Source: Planctomycetota bacterium
GTDB taxonomy: Bacteria > Planctomycetota > UBA1135 > UBA2386
Assembly (NCBI GenBank): GCA_965228735.1
Contig: OZ245838.1
Span: 3,136,001-3,200,000 of the forward strand
Direction: 5' to 3'
Length of the DNA stretch: 64,000 bases
Below, piece by piece: positions 61,749-64,000 of this stretch (position 1 is the first letter of the stretch; each line of letters opens with the position of its first letter). Made by a program: the position numbers and the translations under genes. Below the pieces are notes generated by a model. It worked only from the letters and a program-made list of their open reading frames with translations. It searched no databases and was not told where the DNA came from.

Positions 61749-63419
61749 TCAGCGGACGAACGGCACGAAGATCTGGCGCATCGAGCGCAGCTGCTCGAGC
61801 TGCGCCGGCGTCAGCCCGAGGCCGTGCTGCATGTCGCGCATCAGCTGGACCTGCAGGCGTGCGGCCGCGCGGACGCGCTCGATGTGGAACGAGCCGCGAC
61901 GATCCAGGTCGTCCGCCGGGCGACCGAGCCACTCCTGCGGCCAGCTCGAGAGCCAGTTCTGCACGAGCGGCGCGAGCTGCCGCGACTGCGCCTCACTGAG
62001 TTCGAGGTCCGCCGAGAAGCCGGCGGCCGCGCGTTCCCCGAACGCCGCGACGCTGTCGACGTTCACCGCGCGGCCGAACTTGGACCACTGGTAGCCGGAG
62101 CCGAACGGATCCACGCCCACGCGAGCGCCGAGCTCGCCGAACGACAGCACCGCCTCCTGCGCCGGGGACAGCAGCGCCCGCTGCGCCGCGATGCTGCGGT
62201 GTTGCAGCTCCGTTTCGTCGACCGCGCGTTCGAGCATCAAGGTCTGGTCGTCGTAGCTCGCGCGCCGCACGGCGTCCTCGAACGCGTGGCGCTCACCGAG
62301 CTTCTGCATCGCGGCGAGCTGGCTCGCCGCGAGTGGCTCGCCGGCCGCGGCCATCGCGGCGTGCATCAAGTTGGTCATCACGGCCGGGTGATGGATGCGC
62401 GCCGTCATCGTCTCGCCGGGGATGCCGCTCTCGAGCGCGGCACCGATCTGCTCGAACAGCATCCCTTCCCAGCGGTCGGCCGTCGCCCGGAGGTCGACGG
62501 GGACCGGCTCGCCCGCCGCCTCGAGCGCTTCGATCTGCTTCTTGACGTCGAGGTACGAGGAGACCGCCTTGCCGACCGTGCCCCAGTCCACCCCGGCGAG
62601 CACGTCGTCGAACTCCGAACCGGTGGCGACGAACTCGGTCGCGGGCTCGGGCTGACTCTCGTCGTCATCAACCGCCATGACGGTCGGCCCCGCGGGCACC
62701 CGCTCACCGAGCCGGTTCTCGAGTTCGGCGATGCGACGCCGCGCCGCGGCGAGTTCCTCGAGCTGGGCGCTCGCCGCAGTCGGGTCGCCGCTGCCCCCCC
62801 CGTCGCGCAGGACCAACGTTTCGTTCGGAGCCGCGATCGTCTCGCCGCTGCCGAACCAGGTCGCCGCGCCGACCGCGGCCGAGACGGTGATCGCGCCGGC
62901 CACGAAGCCGCCGCCGAGTTGTTTCCACTCCACTTCCTTCACCTCCAGAACGGACCTCGGTGCCAGTGCCAGGTGACCGAGGGACGTCAACGAGACGACC
63001 GTCCGCTCATCGTCGTGAGCGCGGAGCCGGTCGCCAGATGTCAGGGCGAGCACGAACGGTGCGCCCGCGGGATGAGATCGCACCAGCGCGCCGGTGGCCG
63101 GCTCGAGCCGCAGCTCGCCGGCCAGGACCGTGCCAATCACGACGGGGCCGCTCACGACGTGCTCCGCCGACTGTGGCGCGGCGAGTCCGACCCGCTGCCA
63201 CGCGACGAATGCAACGGGCGTGAGCACGCACAGCGCGCCTGCCGCGAGGCCGAGCCAGAGCGAGGCCCGACCCAGCCGCCGTGGCGGTGCGAGCGCGTCT
63301 TGGCGTTCGACCCGCCGCGGGCGGGCGGCCGCGACGATCCGCTCGGTCAGATCTGGCGGCTGCCGGTCCGCGAGTTCGTCGGCGAGCAGGACCTCGAGTG
63401 CCCGATCGATCTCACGCAT
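61749..63419 (-). CDS. putative membrane-bound anti-sigma factor
   Basis: Overlaps the ECF stop; N-terminal PPDLTERI followed by a TM helix and an extracytoplasmic region. Confidence 0.6.
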   Translation of the reverse strand: MREIDRALEVLLADELADRQPPDLTERIVAAARPRRVERQDALAPPRRLGRASLWLGLAAGALCVLTPVAFVAWQRVGLAAPQSAEHVVSGPVVIGTVLAGELRLEPATGALVRSHPAGAPFVLALTSGDRLRAHDDERTVVSLTSLGHLALAPRSVLEVKEVEWKQLGGGFVAGAITVSAAVGAATWFGSGETIAAPNETLVLRDGGGSGDPTAASAQLEELAAARRRIAELENRLGERVPAGPTVMAVDDDESQPEPATEFVATGSEFDDVLAGVDWGTVGKAVSSYLDVKKQIEALEAAGEPVPVDLRATADRWEGMLFEQIGAALESGIPGETMTARIHHPAVMTNLMHAAMAAAGEPLAASQLAAMQKLGERHAFEDAVRRASYDDQTLMLERAVDETELQHRSIAAQRALLSPAQEAVLSFGELGARVGVDPFGSGYQWSKFGRAVNVDSVAAFGERAAAGFSADLELSEAQSRQLAPLVQNWLSSWPQEWLGRPADDLDRRGSFHIERVRAAARLQVQLMRDMQHGLGLTPAQLEQLRSMRQIFVPFVR

Positions 63420-63951
63420 CCCGCAACCTCCGTTCGACGCAGATTCGCAGCCGGCGATAGCTCCGCTGCAGCAGACTCTTGACCCCGTGCGACGTCAGCG
63501 CGAGCCGGCGCGCGATGGCGCCGCGCGGCAAACCCTCCGCGAACCGCAGCCGCAGCGCATCGCGGGCCTTGTCCTCGAGCCCGTCGATGCAGGCGTGCAA
63601 CGCGGACCGCACTCCCTGCCCATCGTCGTCGCGCACGAACCAGTCGAACGCCGCGTCCACGGCTTCGAGGTCGACGAGTCGCGCGCGCCGCTCCCGCTCC
63701 TTCGACTTCAAGAACGCGTTGCGCGCGACGCGCCGCAGGTAGGCCGCCGCTGCCCCCGCGCCGAACCGATGCAGCGGCCGATCGTGCACCGCGAGGAACG
63801 TCTCCTGCGTGAGATCATCGGCCTCGTCCGGACAACAGCCGAGAAACCGCAGATAGCGCCAGACCGTCGCCTGGTGCGCGCGGATCAGGCCCTCGAACGC
63901 CGAAGGCGGCGTCACGCGGTCGGGATCCTCGGTTCTCGGAGCTGGGGTCAT
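63412..63951 (-). CDS. ECF RNA polymerase sigma factor
   Basis: VWRYL, EADDLTQETF, YLRRVARN, and region 4 LRLRFAEGL...IARRL...VKSLLQR. Confidence 0.9.
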   Translation of the reverse strand: MTPAPRTEDPDRVTPPSAFEGLIRAHQATVWRYLRFLGCCPDEADDLTQETFLAVHDRPLHRFGAGAAAAYLRRVARNAFLKSKERERRARLVDLEAVDAAFDWFVRDDDGQGVRSALHACIDGLEDKARDALRLRFAEGLPRGAIARRLALTSHGVKSLLQRSYRRLRICVERRLRDA

Positions 63952-64000
63952 CGACAACACGAGAATCTCGGACCAGGCCGTCCGGGTGCGCCGAAGTCGG

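Overview
High-GC window, inferred to be from a Planctomycetota genome (PSD1/DUF1549-DUF1553 plus DUF1501 pair, ECF sigma/Ser-Thr kinase pair, many repeat-rich secreted proteins). It holds about 36 CDS, one tRNA-Val(CAC), IS91/ISCR-type transposase remnants around a CNNM + MscS module, three ECF sigma factors and many secreted beta-propeller proteins. The main signal is a ~110-140 aa beta-rich domain at the extreme C-terminus of ten signal-peptide-bearing proteins with mostly unrelated N-terminal regions (core motifs: G-x-G/C-x-G...L...P-x-[ILVT]-G ... [IVL]-P-x-[DN]-x-x-[LF]-x-G ... Q ... [ST]-[NQP]-[AG]-[LV]-x-[LV]-x-[IV]-G). It appears as two subtypes, one circularly permuted copy and one stand-alone protein. 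It looks like an uncharacterised sorting or surface-anchoring domain, analogous to the T9SS CTD. Nearly all predicted Sec substrates also begin with Gln after the signal peptide, resembling the Bacteroidetes Q-rule. All calls come from reading motifs by eye; no searches were run.
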